Shown here in pieces: positions 53,444 to 62,452 of a DNA stretch of 64,000 nt. The notes below the pieces were generated by a model, which worked only from the letters and a program-made list of their open reading frames with translations, was not told where the DNA came from and did not search any database. Made by a program: the position numbers and the translations under genes. Position 1 is the stretch's first letter. Each line of letters starts with the position of its first letter. This DNA comes from Alteromonadaceae bacterium (GTDB lineage: Bacteria; Pseudomonadota; Gammaproteobacteria; Enterobacterales; Alteromonadaceae), in contig JASDWX010000035.1 in assembly GCA_041890515.1 (NCBI GenBank), positions 11,008 through 75,007 on the forward strand, written 5' to 3'.

Positions 53444-53602
53444 ATGTCTTGTGAAAAAAGTGAGGGCTATGACGCATACTGGAAAGGAAGGTCTAAAGGC
53501 TCAAATCCCTATAATTGGTCTAATGAAACTTGGTGGATGGTAGAAGATTGGGACAAAGGCTGGGAAAAGGGACAAGATGAAGATTATAACGATGATGATT
53601 GA
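53444..53602 (+). CDS. 52-aa Rmf/CrpP-like protein (not in ORF track)
   Basis: EGYDAYWKGRSKGSNPY...W...DWDKGW parallels Rmf GY.AG..GRS...CPY...W..GW; ATG abuts the previous TAA. Confidence 0.6.
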   Translation: MSCEKSEGYDAYWKGRSKGSNPYNWSNETWWMVEDWDKGWEKGQDEDYNDDD

Positions 53603-53626
53603 CTTAGCTACATACTAATAGGTTTC

Positions 53627-53663
53627 CTCATATTAGAAGGGAGTACTTCCTTTCTAATATGAG
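53627..53663. terminator. Long hairpin between convergent operons
   Basis: ctcatattagaa-gggagtacttcct-ttctaatatgag. Confidence 0.7.
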
Positions 53664-53711
53664 TTACATTTATTTGAATATAATGAGGTGATTTGTTTAA
53701 TCGGCTACTAG

Positions 53712-54029
53712 CTACGTTCTATTTCTTTCATAGGCAGGGATGTCTATATAATCATCATCTCCTCTAACTAAAGCCTCTTTTAAATTGGCTTTACGAGATT
53801 TTCTCGAATCAATAGTTTCTTCAAAAATTTTATAATGAGCTTCTTCCATTAAAGTAATAGCTTCTTCATTGGAAAAAAGACCAAGGGTTTTACCTGCATG
53901 AATATATCCTTCCAACCTATACTTTTTCTTTTTATCTTTCTTATGGTTTTTTGCGTCTTCAAATATTTCGACTAATTGCATAAAGCAAGAGTCTATAAAT
54001 GTTTTTTTATTCATAATTTCCTCAACCAA
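53712..54029 (-). CDS. Hypothetical protein
   Basis: RLEGYIHAGKTLG helical protein, co-oriented with and overlapping the HsdM-like gene. Confidence 0.65.
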   Translation of the reverse strand: MVEEIMNKKTFIDSCFMQLVEIFEDAKNHKKDKKKKYRLEGYIHAGKTLGLFSNEEAITLMEEAHYKIFEETIDSRKSRKANLKEALVRGDDDYIDIPAYERNRT

Positions 54030-55416
54030 TAAATTTGTTCACTAGCTTATCTATATTATTTTGCGTTGATCCCAATTCATCCAAGAGATTTAGTCTTTGC
54101 GACTTGAGTTCTTCAATACCAGCATCTTCGAGCCAATATAAGTCTTTATAAGCCACTGGATGTAGAGAAGAGTTATTATTTATAATAATATTTAAAGGTA
54201 CATGAAAACTCCGACCTTTTACTTCTTCCTTTGTATCAATTAGGTTTTTTAACTCATCTAAACGAGCTAATACGTGTTTTTTATCAGATACAGTATAGAA
54301 ATCTACCGCATCTATAAACCGTACAGTTTGGCTATTTCGTTTCAATATTATTAGAACAAGTTCATACGTTTGCTGACTGAAAAGCTTCTGTGGCAATGTG
54401 ACCACAGCACTTACACATCCACTTTTCACTAGTCGAGATCGACTTTCAGCATCACTCTGCCTGCTTAAAGCATTCTGAACTAGAAAAATATAGCCTGTGC
54501 CCTTTTTAGATAAAGCAGAAGTCAAAACATTAGCTACATCAAATTCTGGATATCGAGGTAACTTATTTTCATCTTTATTAAGTTCAGGTTCTTTATTTTT
54601 ATCTTTATTATTTCCAGTGTTTAGTGCCGCATCTTTATCTTTAATTTCACCTTTATTAATAACTTTTGGTAGTTTTGTCAGTTTCACTGCGAGGTCGGTC
54701 GCATTGGAATGCAAATTATAACCTGGTTGCAGGCAATGAGAATTTAAGACATTAACATCAGCACTATGAAGTAGTGCTAAAAATCTCAATATATGCAATG
54801 GGGACTGTTCAACCGATTCAACATCGACTGCTTGGCTTGGCTCTGAATCTAAAATCGAAATACTTGCTTCTGCATCAACGTCAAAAGGGAGATACATACG
54901 TTTTTTAGTAATGCCACTTTTCATGACGTTTAGAAGTTGGAAGTAAACAGGGCTTAAGCGAAGTGGTTCAACTTCAATGTCATGGATGTTTTCAACATTA
55001 ATCTGTTGTAGGGGCAGTAAGGCTTCTCGATATCGCCCAATAGCTTCTACTTTAGTTAGTTTTTTTTGTTGATTCGCTAGGCCGCTAAGCTCGATTACCA
55101 GTCTATTTATATCTTCCACTAAATCAATTGAGTTGATACCACGTATCTGCTCTTCGATTAGTTCAATACATTGAGACACAGCACTATTAGTCGAGTTATT
55201 GTTTTTAACAGATAACAGAATATGATTAAAATTCTCTATCGTTTGAAAAGGCTCACATAGTTCAAATTTCACCGTTGGCTCTGTTGAGTCATATAAATAG
55301 CAAAACACAAAAAATAGAAAGAAATCCCTTTGTGAATTAGCATTACTGTTATCAATTAAAGAAGGTAAATAGCAATGTTTGTAACTCTCGATAATGGAGC
55401 TTTTAAAATCATTCAC
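54022..55416 (-). CDS. HsdM-like N6-adenine methyltransferase fold, catalytic motifs degenerate
   Basis: C-terminal ESRSRLVKSGCVSAVVTLPQKLF..LIILK...VRFIDA typical of HsdM; DPACGSG and NPPF absent. Confidence 0.65.
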   Translation of the reverse strand: MNDFKSSIIESYKHCYLPSLIDNSNANSQRDFFLFFVFCYLYDSTEPTVKFELCEPFQTIENFNHILLSVKNNNSTNSAVSQCIELIEEQIRGINSIDLVEDINRLVIELSGLANQQKKLTKVEAIGRYREALLPLQQINVENIHDIEVEPLRLSPVYFQLLNVMKSGITKKRMYLPFDVDAEASISILDSEPSQAVDVESVEQSPLHILRFLALLHSADVNVLNSHCLQPGYNLHSNATDLAVKLTKLPKVINKGEIKDKDAALNTGNNKDKNKEPELNKDENKLPRYPEFDVANVLTSALSKKGTGYIFLVQNALSRQSDAESRSRLVKSGCVSAVVTLPQKLFSQQTYELVLIILKRNSQTVRFIDAVDFYTVSDKKHVLARLDELKNLIDTKEEVKGRSFHVPLNIIINNNSSLHPVAYKDLYWLEDAGIEELKSQRLNLLDELGSTQNNIDKLVNKFIG

Positions 55417-55999
55417 TACATTGCCCCTCAGTTTTTAATTCAATCAACTTCTGTAACTGCCTTTCCCGATTATAAATCAGTTGTTCCAATATCACTTTTT
55501 CTTTACTGATCTCATTAGCCAATATCATTAATTCCGCTTGCTCTTCTTTAGTTAAAATCGGAATTTTAAGCTTTTCTAGTGCTGCTTTTCCCAAACTAGC
55601 TTGCTTCCCCCCTCCTGACAGAGAGCTTAAAAATAACTGTGTTGAAGGTAAGTTAATGAAAAAAACTAAGAACTCAGATGGCAGTTTTTCTTCATCTGAA
55701 GTGCTGATAATTAGAAAGTTTTGACCAACCAATGTTGCTTCAGGAGCGTTGTTAACCATATATGCGTTATGGTCATCTCCTTTTTTCAAAATCAAGATAT
55801 CTCCATCTTTCACATAGAAGTTAGAGTTATCAGTTGGTGAATTAATTTTCTCTAAATTTAAAACATCTATCTTTTTACCTAAACCGTCTTTAATTATATT
55901 TTTAATTTGGATCAAATAATGATTACCATTTGGATCAAATTGAATGGTCTCTCGAAACGTATACCCAGAACGGATAATGATGCTTTTTTCATTAGTCAT
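55409..55999 (-). CDS. Half-size type I specificity subunit (single TRD)
   Basis: IRSGYTF, VKDGDILI, EFLVFFIN, LEKLKIPILTKEEQ. Confidence 0.7.
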   Translation of the reverse strand: MTNEKSIIIRSGYTFRETIQFDPNGNHYLIQIKNIIKDGLGKKIDVLNLEKINSPTDNSNFYVKDGDILILKKGDDHNAYMVNNAPEATLVGQNFLIISTSDEEKLPSEFLVFFINLPSTQLFLSSLSGGGKQASLGKAALEKLKIPILTKEEQAELMILANEISKEKVILEQLIYNRERQLQKLIELKTEGQCSE

Positions 56000-56036
56000 T
56001 TTAATTTTCTAAACATGATTTATAACCTAACAATAT

Positions 56037-56132
56037 CACAGTTTAAATTTATATTGTGATATTAACTTGCATTTATTCATAAAAGGGAACACACTATAAC
56101 AACTTCACAACACAGTATAAATATATATTGTG
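56037..56132. repeat. Two 22-bp quasi-palindromic direct repeats CACA-N14-TGTG
   Basis: cacagtttaaatttatattgtg (56037-56058) and cacagtataaatatatattgtg (56111-56132), 20/22 identical. Confidence 0.7.
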
Positions 56133-56673
56133 TTTCAAGTCTAATTAGTAGGCTTGTTAGCTAACTGAATATAAGGAGGATAGCTGTGTGCAAGTTAATA
56201 AAAATAAATGTAATAATAAATCAATTAGAAATTGTTCTTTTCGAATAAATAAACCACTGTTAGCCGTTAACGAGCTAATTGTGCTCTATACATTTGATCT
56301 CCCTATAGTTAAACAGGTTGTCATCCAACCTTATTGTACTAAGCCCCAGTACCTAATCACTTCCTTGTGCAACAATTGCTGTAGAGATTGTTCCAAATTA
56401 TCACATGCCATACTGATTCATCCACTTGAATCAAGAAGTCAACGCTTTCGGCATGATGTCCCCCTATTTGAACAAGACTCCGAGCCACCGAAAATCATCT
56501 TGTAATACCTAAAAATTGATTCGCTAATGTCCCTTTTTCTATGGCTTTCACCATACATCTTTTGACTCACGTCTCAATAATCTCTTAATCGTTTTGACAC
56601 GCTAAATGTGGATACACATTCCGCACAGGCTTTTGCGGCCTAAATTAACCAAATAACAATAATAGGAAATATT

Positions 56674-57363
56674 ATGAACACTGCATTTAATACCTTTGTA
56701 AGCGAGATCAACTCATCGAAAGTTATCAATATTGAACCGTTTGAGCTTAAACGAAAACTTGATAAAACCAGCAGAGTAAAACCATCAATTCTACATTACT
56801 CCCATCTGAACTTATTGATGGCGTATGCGGAAAGTCATACAGAAGCAAAATTCATACTCACCTTGGAATTTGACAAAAGCATTAAATATTTTTTAACCCA
56901 GCCAGCAACATTCACGATCGAAGTTGATGGAAAAATGGTTCCTCATACCCCTGATGTTGTTGTTATTTACCATGATGGAACTGTCGAATTCATACAAATA
57001 AAACCTGAAAAAAAAGCTAAGGATAAAGAATACTTAAGACGCTTTAATCAAATTGTAAGATTCTTCAAAAAAGAACTTGGTGTGGATTACACGTTAAGAA
57101 CCGAAGCATCTTTTGGCGAAGGCAAGTACATCGAAAATCTTCAACAGTTGTATTTATACCTAGACATAAAACTCACTTCCCACATAACCAACAAAATAAT
57201 AACTGAATTGCCATCAAACCTGACCATCTCAGCACTAGAGCAGCTATGTATTAAGCACAACAAAACAGATATTTACGCTTGGGCGTTAATTGCCCAAGAT
57301 TATTTCAGCTATGACTGCAAAAAAATATTAACCAAGCAAAGCAACATCACCCCAAACCATTAG
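56674..57363 (+). CDS. tnsA: TnsA-like endonuclease
   Basis: ES..E..F...LEFD..I....TQP, HTPD, QIKP. Confidence 0.85.
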   Translation: MNTAFNTFVSEINSSKVINIEPFELKRKLDKTSRVKPSILHYSHLNLLMAYAESHTEAKFILTLEFDKSIKYFLTQPATFTIEVDGKMVPHTPDVVVIYHDGTVEFIQIKPEKKAKDKEYLRRFNQIVRFFKKELGVDYTLRTEASFGEGKYIENLQQLYLYLDIKLTSHITNKIITELPSNLTISALEQLCIKHNKTDIYAWALIAQDYFSYDCKKILTKQSNITPNH

Positions 57364-57448
57364 GAGAAAAAAATTCAAATACAAAACATAGCCCAATAAG
57401 TAGAGACAAATAACGTAAATCAAAAATCAACTAAAAAGGATACAAAAA

Positions 57449-59443
57449 ATGTCTAATCAACAATTTATTTTACAAGCAGAAATGAAAATCAACTTACGTG
57501 GCGAAGTAGCAACAGTTAAAGCAATCGGTGAAAACTTTTGCGTAATTGAATATTCGAATGGAGAGATGGGATATCCACTACCAAGTGAGCTTATGTTGGC
57601 TTATCGAAGCGGGCTTCTCATCATTAAAAAGAAAGAAAATGCTCTTCTTATCAATAAGCAGTTAACCAACCAGGAAGATAAAGAAAAAGCAATTCGCGTT
57701 GAACATTACCTTGTTGAATTGCACCAACATGCAAATCCACACTCACTAAAAACGCGAAAAAAAGCAAAGGACATAGTCAAAAAACGACACGGTTATACGG
57801 GTAAAGATGTCCCTAGTGAATCTACTCTTCGTCGTTGGTATGTTTCGTGGATACAGAACGAAATGGAAATATATTCTGTTATAAAACGCGCTAAAAAAAC
57901 ACGTGCATCTCGTCATTCTGAAGCTGTAGTTGAATTAGCTGAATCAATTATTGATGAGTATTACTTAATCCCTCAAGGGCTTAATAAACGTCAAACTTAT
58001 TTCAAGTTCAAAGAACATTATGACGAATTAATAGCTGCAAATGAGATCGAAGGGAGATCTATTAGTGAATCTAGATTTTACGAGTTACTTAATGAACTAA
58101 ATCAACTCGATGTTGTTTACGCTCGTTATGGAAAAGATGAAGCTAGAAAATTCGCTAGATGTAGTGAAGGGATGTATGTGCTTGATTTTCCATTACAAAG
58201 AGTGGAGATCGATGCTGTGCACCTAAAGATTGGTCTACTCGATGATGAAACTGGGGAGTTTTTAGGGACTGCTATCGTCTATTTAGCCATTGATACATTT
58301 ACACGTTGTATTGTTGGTTACAGCGTATCGGTAGGTAATAAACCCAGTGAAATATCTGATGCTGTTATCGAGCTTATAAAACATTGTGTGACTCCTAAAA
58401 TCAAATCAATCTTTGCACAGAACAATTGGCCCCTGACTGGCATACCATTCGCCTTTGTTGGTGATGCTGGGAAAGCATTCAAATGCCGCGTAGTTACAAA
58501 TTTAATGGCTCAACTCAAATGTACTCACATAACCACGGAAACTAAGTCTCCTTGGCGCAAGGGTATGATAGAAGCCTATAATCGCGGATTCCGTAGTATG
58601 TACGCATCTAACCTCCCAGGATACACGCGTAACAACGATGAAGATAAGACAGATAAGACTATAGAGGAGATTGCCACGCTTACCCTTGGTGAATTTATTA
58701 GCACGTTAGAAATCTACATTTTGGACCACTATCATCAAAATCCACACAAAGGATTGTTCTTAGATACGCCTGCAAATGTATGTGAAGAAGCACTTAAGGA
58801 ATGCAGCCCTAGAATAGTAGCTGATTTGAAAAAGTTAGAAGTGTTCTCAGGTGTTGAACTTGAAGGTGTAATCCAAGGGGGGCAAGGAGTTCAGCGTAAC
58901 ACCTTGTACTACAGTTCACGCCAGCTAAATGATCTTCGCCTTGAATTAACCTTACATGGTGACAAAAAGAATCCAAAAGTGCCTTTTTTATACGACAAAA
59001 ACGATGTTTCCAAAATATCAGTCATTGATGAAACCACAGGGGTATTGTTTGAAGTCCCTTGTTGCGACCCTCGTGTTTTCCCAGGAATGAGCTTAGCTGA
59101 ATTTAACCGCCAATACCGATCTGGCTCTAGAACAAATACCACAAACGTATTCACCAAATCTAACTGGGTCGTATCTGAAGCAATTAAGCGCAAACAGGAA
59201 GAAATCATGCTTAAGAAAAAGGAAAAAGCGGCATTGGCTAAGAAAATGCGTGAAGAAAAGAAAGAACAAAAGAACAAACAAGCTAAAAACAAAGCTTCTC
59301 AACCAAGTGACATAACCGAGAGAGCGACCGAACACGTCCAGCAAGAAGCCAATCGACATGCTAGAAATCATACCGATAAAACGGTGCAGAAAAATGATGG
59401 TCGTCCTACAAATCGCCCAATAACTCGCCCAGTAACTAAATAA
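57449..59443 (+). CDS. tnsB: TnsB-like DDE transposase
   Basis: PSESTLRRW HTH; EIDAVH, AIDTFTRCIVG, GDAGKAF, PWRKGMIE (D-D-E intact). Confidence 0.9.
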   Translation: MSNQQFILQAEMKINLRGEVATVKAIGENFCVIEYSNGEMGYPLPSELMLAYRSGLLIIKKKENALLINKQLTNQEDKEKAIRVEHYLVELHQHANPHSLKTRKKAKDIVKKRHGYTGKDVPSESTLRRWYVSWIQNEMEIYSVIKRAKKTRASRHSEAVVELAESIIDEYYLIPQGLNKRQTYFKFKEHYDELIAANEIEGRSISESRFYELLNELNQLDVVYARYGKDEARKFARCSEGMYVLDFPLQRVEIDAVHLKIGLLDDETGEFLGTAIVYLAIDTFTRCIVGYSVSVGNKPSEISDAVIELIKHCVTPKIKSIFAQNNWPLTGIPFAFVGDAGKAFKCRVVTNLMAQLKCTHITTETKSPWRKGMIEAYNRGFRSMYASNLPGYTRNNDEDKTDKTIEEIATLTLGEFISTLEIYILDHYHQNPHKGLFLDTPANVCEEALKECSPRIVADLKKLEVFSGVELEGVIQGGQGVQRNTLYYSSRQLNDLRLELTLHGDKKNPKVPFLYDKNDVSKISVIDETTGVLFEVPCCDPRVFPGMSLAEFNRQYRSGSRTNTTNVFTKSNWVVSEAIKRKQEEIMLKKKEKAALAKKMREEKKEQKNKQAKNKASQPSDITERATEHVQQEANRHARNHTDKTVQKNDGRPTNRPITRPVTK

Positions 59444-59460
59444 CTATAGGAAATTAAATT

Positions 59461-60432
59461 ATGAATAACACTCAACCAAACGAAATCGCAACATTCGAGA
59501 AACGCATTTGCTGGCATGATGATTTTCAAGATACTCAAGACGCCATTAAAAAGCTATTAAGCTACACAGGGAGAAAGCCGAAGGCTAGACTACTAAAAGG
59601 CAAACCAGGCACCGGAAAAACGTTGTCAGCACTTACAGCTATGGACACTTTACATCAAGAGAGTAGTACTGACGCATTAACGATGAAACCAACTGTCTAC
59701 ATCAATGTGTCATTGTTTAACTCTCCAGGTCAATTGCTATCAGCAATCCTTGAGCAATTAGGAGACATTAACCCTTATAAAGGGGTAATGCCGCAAAAAG
59801 TAAAAACAATTATCCGCTTATTTAAAGAACAAGGCGTGAAATTAGTCATTATTGACGAATTTCAAGATATTTTACCAAAGAGTCGAATTCAACCGACATC
59901 CAAAATCTATCGTTTTTTGAAAGGTTTTTTAGATGAATGCGGTGTGCCATTTCTATTACTAGGTACTGAACATTCTGAACGTTTTCTTGAAGTAGACGAG
60001 CAAATTAGAACGCGTTTTTTGCCCACTCAAGAGTTGTTTGCTTTCAGTTGCTTGTCAGATGCAGAAAAACTTCGATTTGCTTTAATTATTGAAAGCGTAC
60101 TTTTAAAGTTTCCTAGAAAGACAGAAGGGTTAGATTTTACAGAAAGTTACTTTGATGATAATGGAAAAGAAGTCATTACATTGAAGTCTAATCACAACAT
60201 GTTATATCGCTTAAATCTTGCTACTAAAGGCTTGATGAGAGTAATTGTAAATCTGTTCACTGAATGTATTGAGCTTACAAATTCCGAAGACATTGTTGAT
60301 AACGATATATTACAGGTAGCTTACGACAATGTAGTCAATGGAAGTCACACAATAAATCCTTTTGATATGTCAAATACACTAAGCAGAGTCAAAGTTAGAT
60401 TAGCCAAGGAGGGCCTTTATAATGCTAAATAA
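59461..60432 (+). CDS. tnsC: TnsC/TniB AAA+ ATPase
   Basis: GKPGTGKT, IIDEFQD, QIRTRF, TKGLMR. Confidence 0.9.
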   Translation: MNNTQPNEIATFEKRICWHDDFQDTQDAIKKLLSYTGRKPKARLLKGKPGTGKTLSALTAMDTLHQESSTDALTMKPTVYINVSLFNSPGQLLSAILEQLGDINPYKGVMPQKVKTIIRLFKEQGVKLVIIDEFQDILPKSRIQPTSKIYRFLKGFLDECGVPFLLLGTEHSERFLEVDEQIRTRFLPTQELFAFSCLSDAEKLRFALIIESVLLKFPRKTEGLDFTESYFDDNGKEVITLKSNHNMLYRLNLATKGLMRVIVNLFTECIELTNSEDIVDNDILQVAYDNVVNGSHTINPFDMSNTLSRVKVRLAKEGLYNAK

Positions 60433-62149
60433 TACAGTTGAGAAATTAGAGTTTGCAGTACGCCCTCGCCCAAATCATGCCGAATCTGCGCAAGGCTTTC
60501 TTTTAAGATTAGCTGTATCAAATGGTCGATATGAGCTATCTAAATTGGCTGAGGCAATTGATTATAAATATAAACCTTCTAGCTTCGTCCTAGGTGGTGC
60601 TGATGTTGAGTCATTTCTACTGGCGCTATCAGGAGCATTACGCTTATCAGGTCATGATTTAGTTTCTAGCTTCTCAATGTCTATAGACATTGAAGATAAT
60701 AGGAGAGCAGTTAATGAAATCAGATTACCAACGCCTAAAGTTTGCCCTAGTTGCATGATTCATGATGATAGCCGTTATATCAAAGAACCTTGGGAATATG
60801 CTCACCACACTCATTGTGAAGAACATAACGTTGTATTAGTAGACCGATGCCCACGTTGTACAGAGCCTTTATCTTGGAACGGTGATATATTTCAGGGTTG
60901 CTCATGTTGTGGTTACAGGTGGGAAAGCTATCAAACTGTTACACAGTCATTGCCGATATATCAAACAATATGCAATGAATTAACAGATTTAGAACTGAAG
61001 GAATACTTAGCTGCCCTCTATCAAAACTTAATTTTTGTATCACGGCCTTTCGACTTAAGTTTTGATAAATTTAAACAACTACCAAAAGATCTAATCAATA
61101 TCCCTTACTTGTTTGAACTTGCCTTTCAGCTAACGATAAGTGATGAAGCTAAAGCTAATTGGGAGGAAATGAGATTAAGCCATTTCAAAGCTGACACCAA
61201 TTTGAACAGTTTAGATGATCATTCATTACAAGTCTTAGCACAGCTTCCTAGTTCAAATGTTTCAACAGGATTTCTAAAAGATAAAGCACAGTCTAAACCT
61301 GAACAGTGCATGCTTCCTATAAGACAACGAGTGATGGTTTCTAGCTTAAGAATTCGAAATAGTGATTCAGTACGAGATTATCAATATCAGATCAGCCTCG
61401 GTAGAGCGGCAAAGTTACTAGGTGTAGATAAAAAAACTATTAATGCCTTGGTAGAGCTTGATTTAGTCTCGGCATATTCAGGATCAGTAGCATCAAGGGC
61501 AAGAATTGTTTCAGGAAGTAGTGTTGCTAAACTTATATCAATGATAATTGAGCATTCTCTTAATATCGATAATCAGGAAGATAAGCTGATTTCTCTTAAA
61601 GAGTTAATGAAAGGACTGCCCTATTTTAATTGTGACTTGTCTAGTTTAGTGATGCTTATTGTCACTAATAAATGTCAAACTTACCTTGATAAAAAGAATA
61701 CTTTCTCTATTCCTTATTTATTTGTTAACCGTGAAGAAATAGCTTTTCATTTAGAGCAATATTTTGTTGAAAGTATTAGATACGATCTGTCTAGAAATAA
61801 ACTTCAACAGTTATGTATCCTAAAACCTCATCAATTTATTGAGTTAAAGAATACTTTTAATTTACAAGAAACAGGACCTGTAGCTTCTTTAGCAAAGTTA
61901 AATCCGGTTCAAATATCTTCATTTTTTGAGCAACATATATTGATAAATCGCTGGGCAAAAATTGCAGGAGTTAAATTGAGATCAGTTATTCAATTTTTGA
62001 AATGCGAACCTGATATTACATCAAACTCAATTTTGGAGCATCAAGACATTTATATCTATGAAAAGTCTGATGAGTTATTCGATTCGCTAACAAGATACTT
62101 AATTTATCATAAAGGCGAGGTTCACTTTCTCGCCAACATCTGCATTTAA
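60422..62149 (+). CDS. tniQ: TniQ/TnsD-family target selector (long, 575 aa)
   Basis: RPRP..ES..GFLLRLA..NG, CPSC, C..H, RCPRC, CSCC zinc fingers; C-terminal HTH ISLGRAAKLLGV. Confidence 0.88.
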   Translation: MLNNTVEKLEFAVRPRPNHAESAQGFLLRLAVSNGRYELSKLAEAIDYKYKPSSFVLGGADVESFLLALSGALRLSGHDLVSSFSMSIDIEDNRRAVNEIRLPTPKVCPSCMIHDDSRYIKEPWEYAHHTHCEEHNVVLVDRCPRCTEPLSWNGDIFQGCSCCGYRWESYQTVTQSLPIYQTICNELTDLELKEYLAALYQNLIFVSRPFDLSFDKFKQLPKDLINIPYLFELAFQLTISDEAKANWEEMRLSHFKADTNLNSLDDHSLQVLAQLPSSNVSTGFLKDKAQSKPEQCMLPIRQRVMVSSLRIRNSDSVRDYQYQISLGRAAKLLGVDKKTINALVELDLVSAYSGSVASRARIVSGSSVAKLISMIIEHSLNIDNQEDKLISLKELMKGLPYFNCDLSSLVMLIVTNKCQTYLDKKNTFSIPYLFVNREEIAFHLEQYFVESIRYDLSRNKLQQLCILKPHQFIELKNTFNLQETGPVASLAKLNPVQISSFFEQHILINRWAKIAGVKLRSVIQFLKCEPDITSNSILEHQDIYIYEKSDELFDSLTRYLIYHKGEVHFLANICI

Positions 62150-62316
62150 TCCCATCTCAAACTCCCTTTCTTAAAATATCTTAAATCATTTACTCTCTAT
62201 CTAAAAATCTGCTACTATTTTCACAGAAGAATATAAATAAAATATAGAACAAACAATCAATTGCATGCTCAGGACTATTCGGTTAATTTTAAAATAAACT
62301 GGAAATTTAAGGTATC

Positions 62317-62359
62317 AGAAATCGCTTAGCTGGGCATTTAGAACCCGCTTAACTGGGCA
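62317..62359. repeat. Tandem 20-bp repeats, candidate TnsB binding sites
   Basis: agaaatcgcttagctgggca / agaacccgcttaactgggca, 23-bp period; inverted relative to tgcccagaagcg at 28297. Confidence 0.65.
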
Positions 62360-62452
62360 CTTTTACCTATTCCTGTATTTTTAAAGGGCTTCAAGCCCAC
62401 CACCAGTTTCATCCCCAACCGAGACCAGCAAATAGGAGCGGTTAGCGACCAC

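Larger units (their letters stand above)
28284..62411. mobile_element. Tn7-like transposon / defence island (~34 kb; boundaries approximate)
   Basis: tnsABC-tniQ at 56.7-62.1 kb; shared inverted motif TGCCCAG(nn)AAGCG at 28297 and at 62323/62346; terminal TGTCACAAGTGG vs TGAAACTGGTGG (reverse complement); AT-rich defence cargo between core genes. Confidence 0.7.

Noticed and set aside
56188-56505. 105-aa plus-strand ORF upstream of tnsA
   Set aside because: Despite a plausible RBS, composition is atypical and there are no motifs; not supportable without homologues
56674-57363. TnsA apparently inactive because of QIK instead of EVK
   Set aside because: As I recall, prototype Tn7 TnsA also has QxK, so this is not evidence of inactivation
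62317-62359. Possible mini-CRISPR array / CAST
   Set aside because: Only two repeats with a 3-bp gap, no spacer and no cas genes in the window; better explained as transposase binding sites
62386-62405. gggcttcaagcccaccacca resembling a tRNA/tmRNA 3' end (att site)
   Set aside because: No cloverleaf upstream, no proper T-loop, and no duplicate at the left boundary
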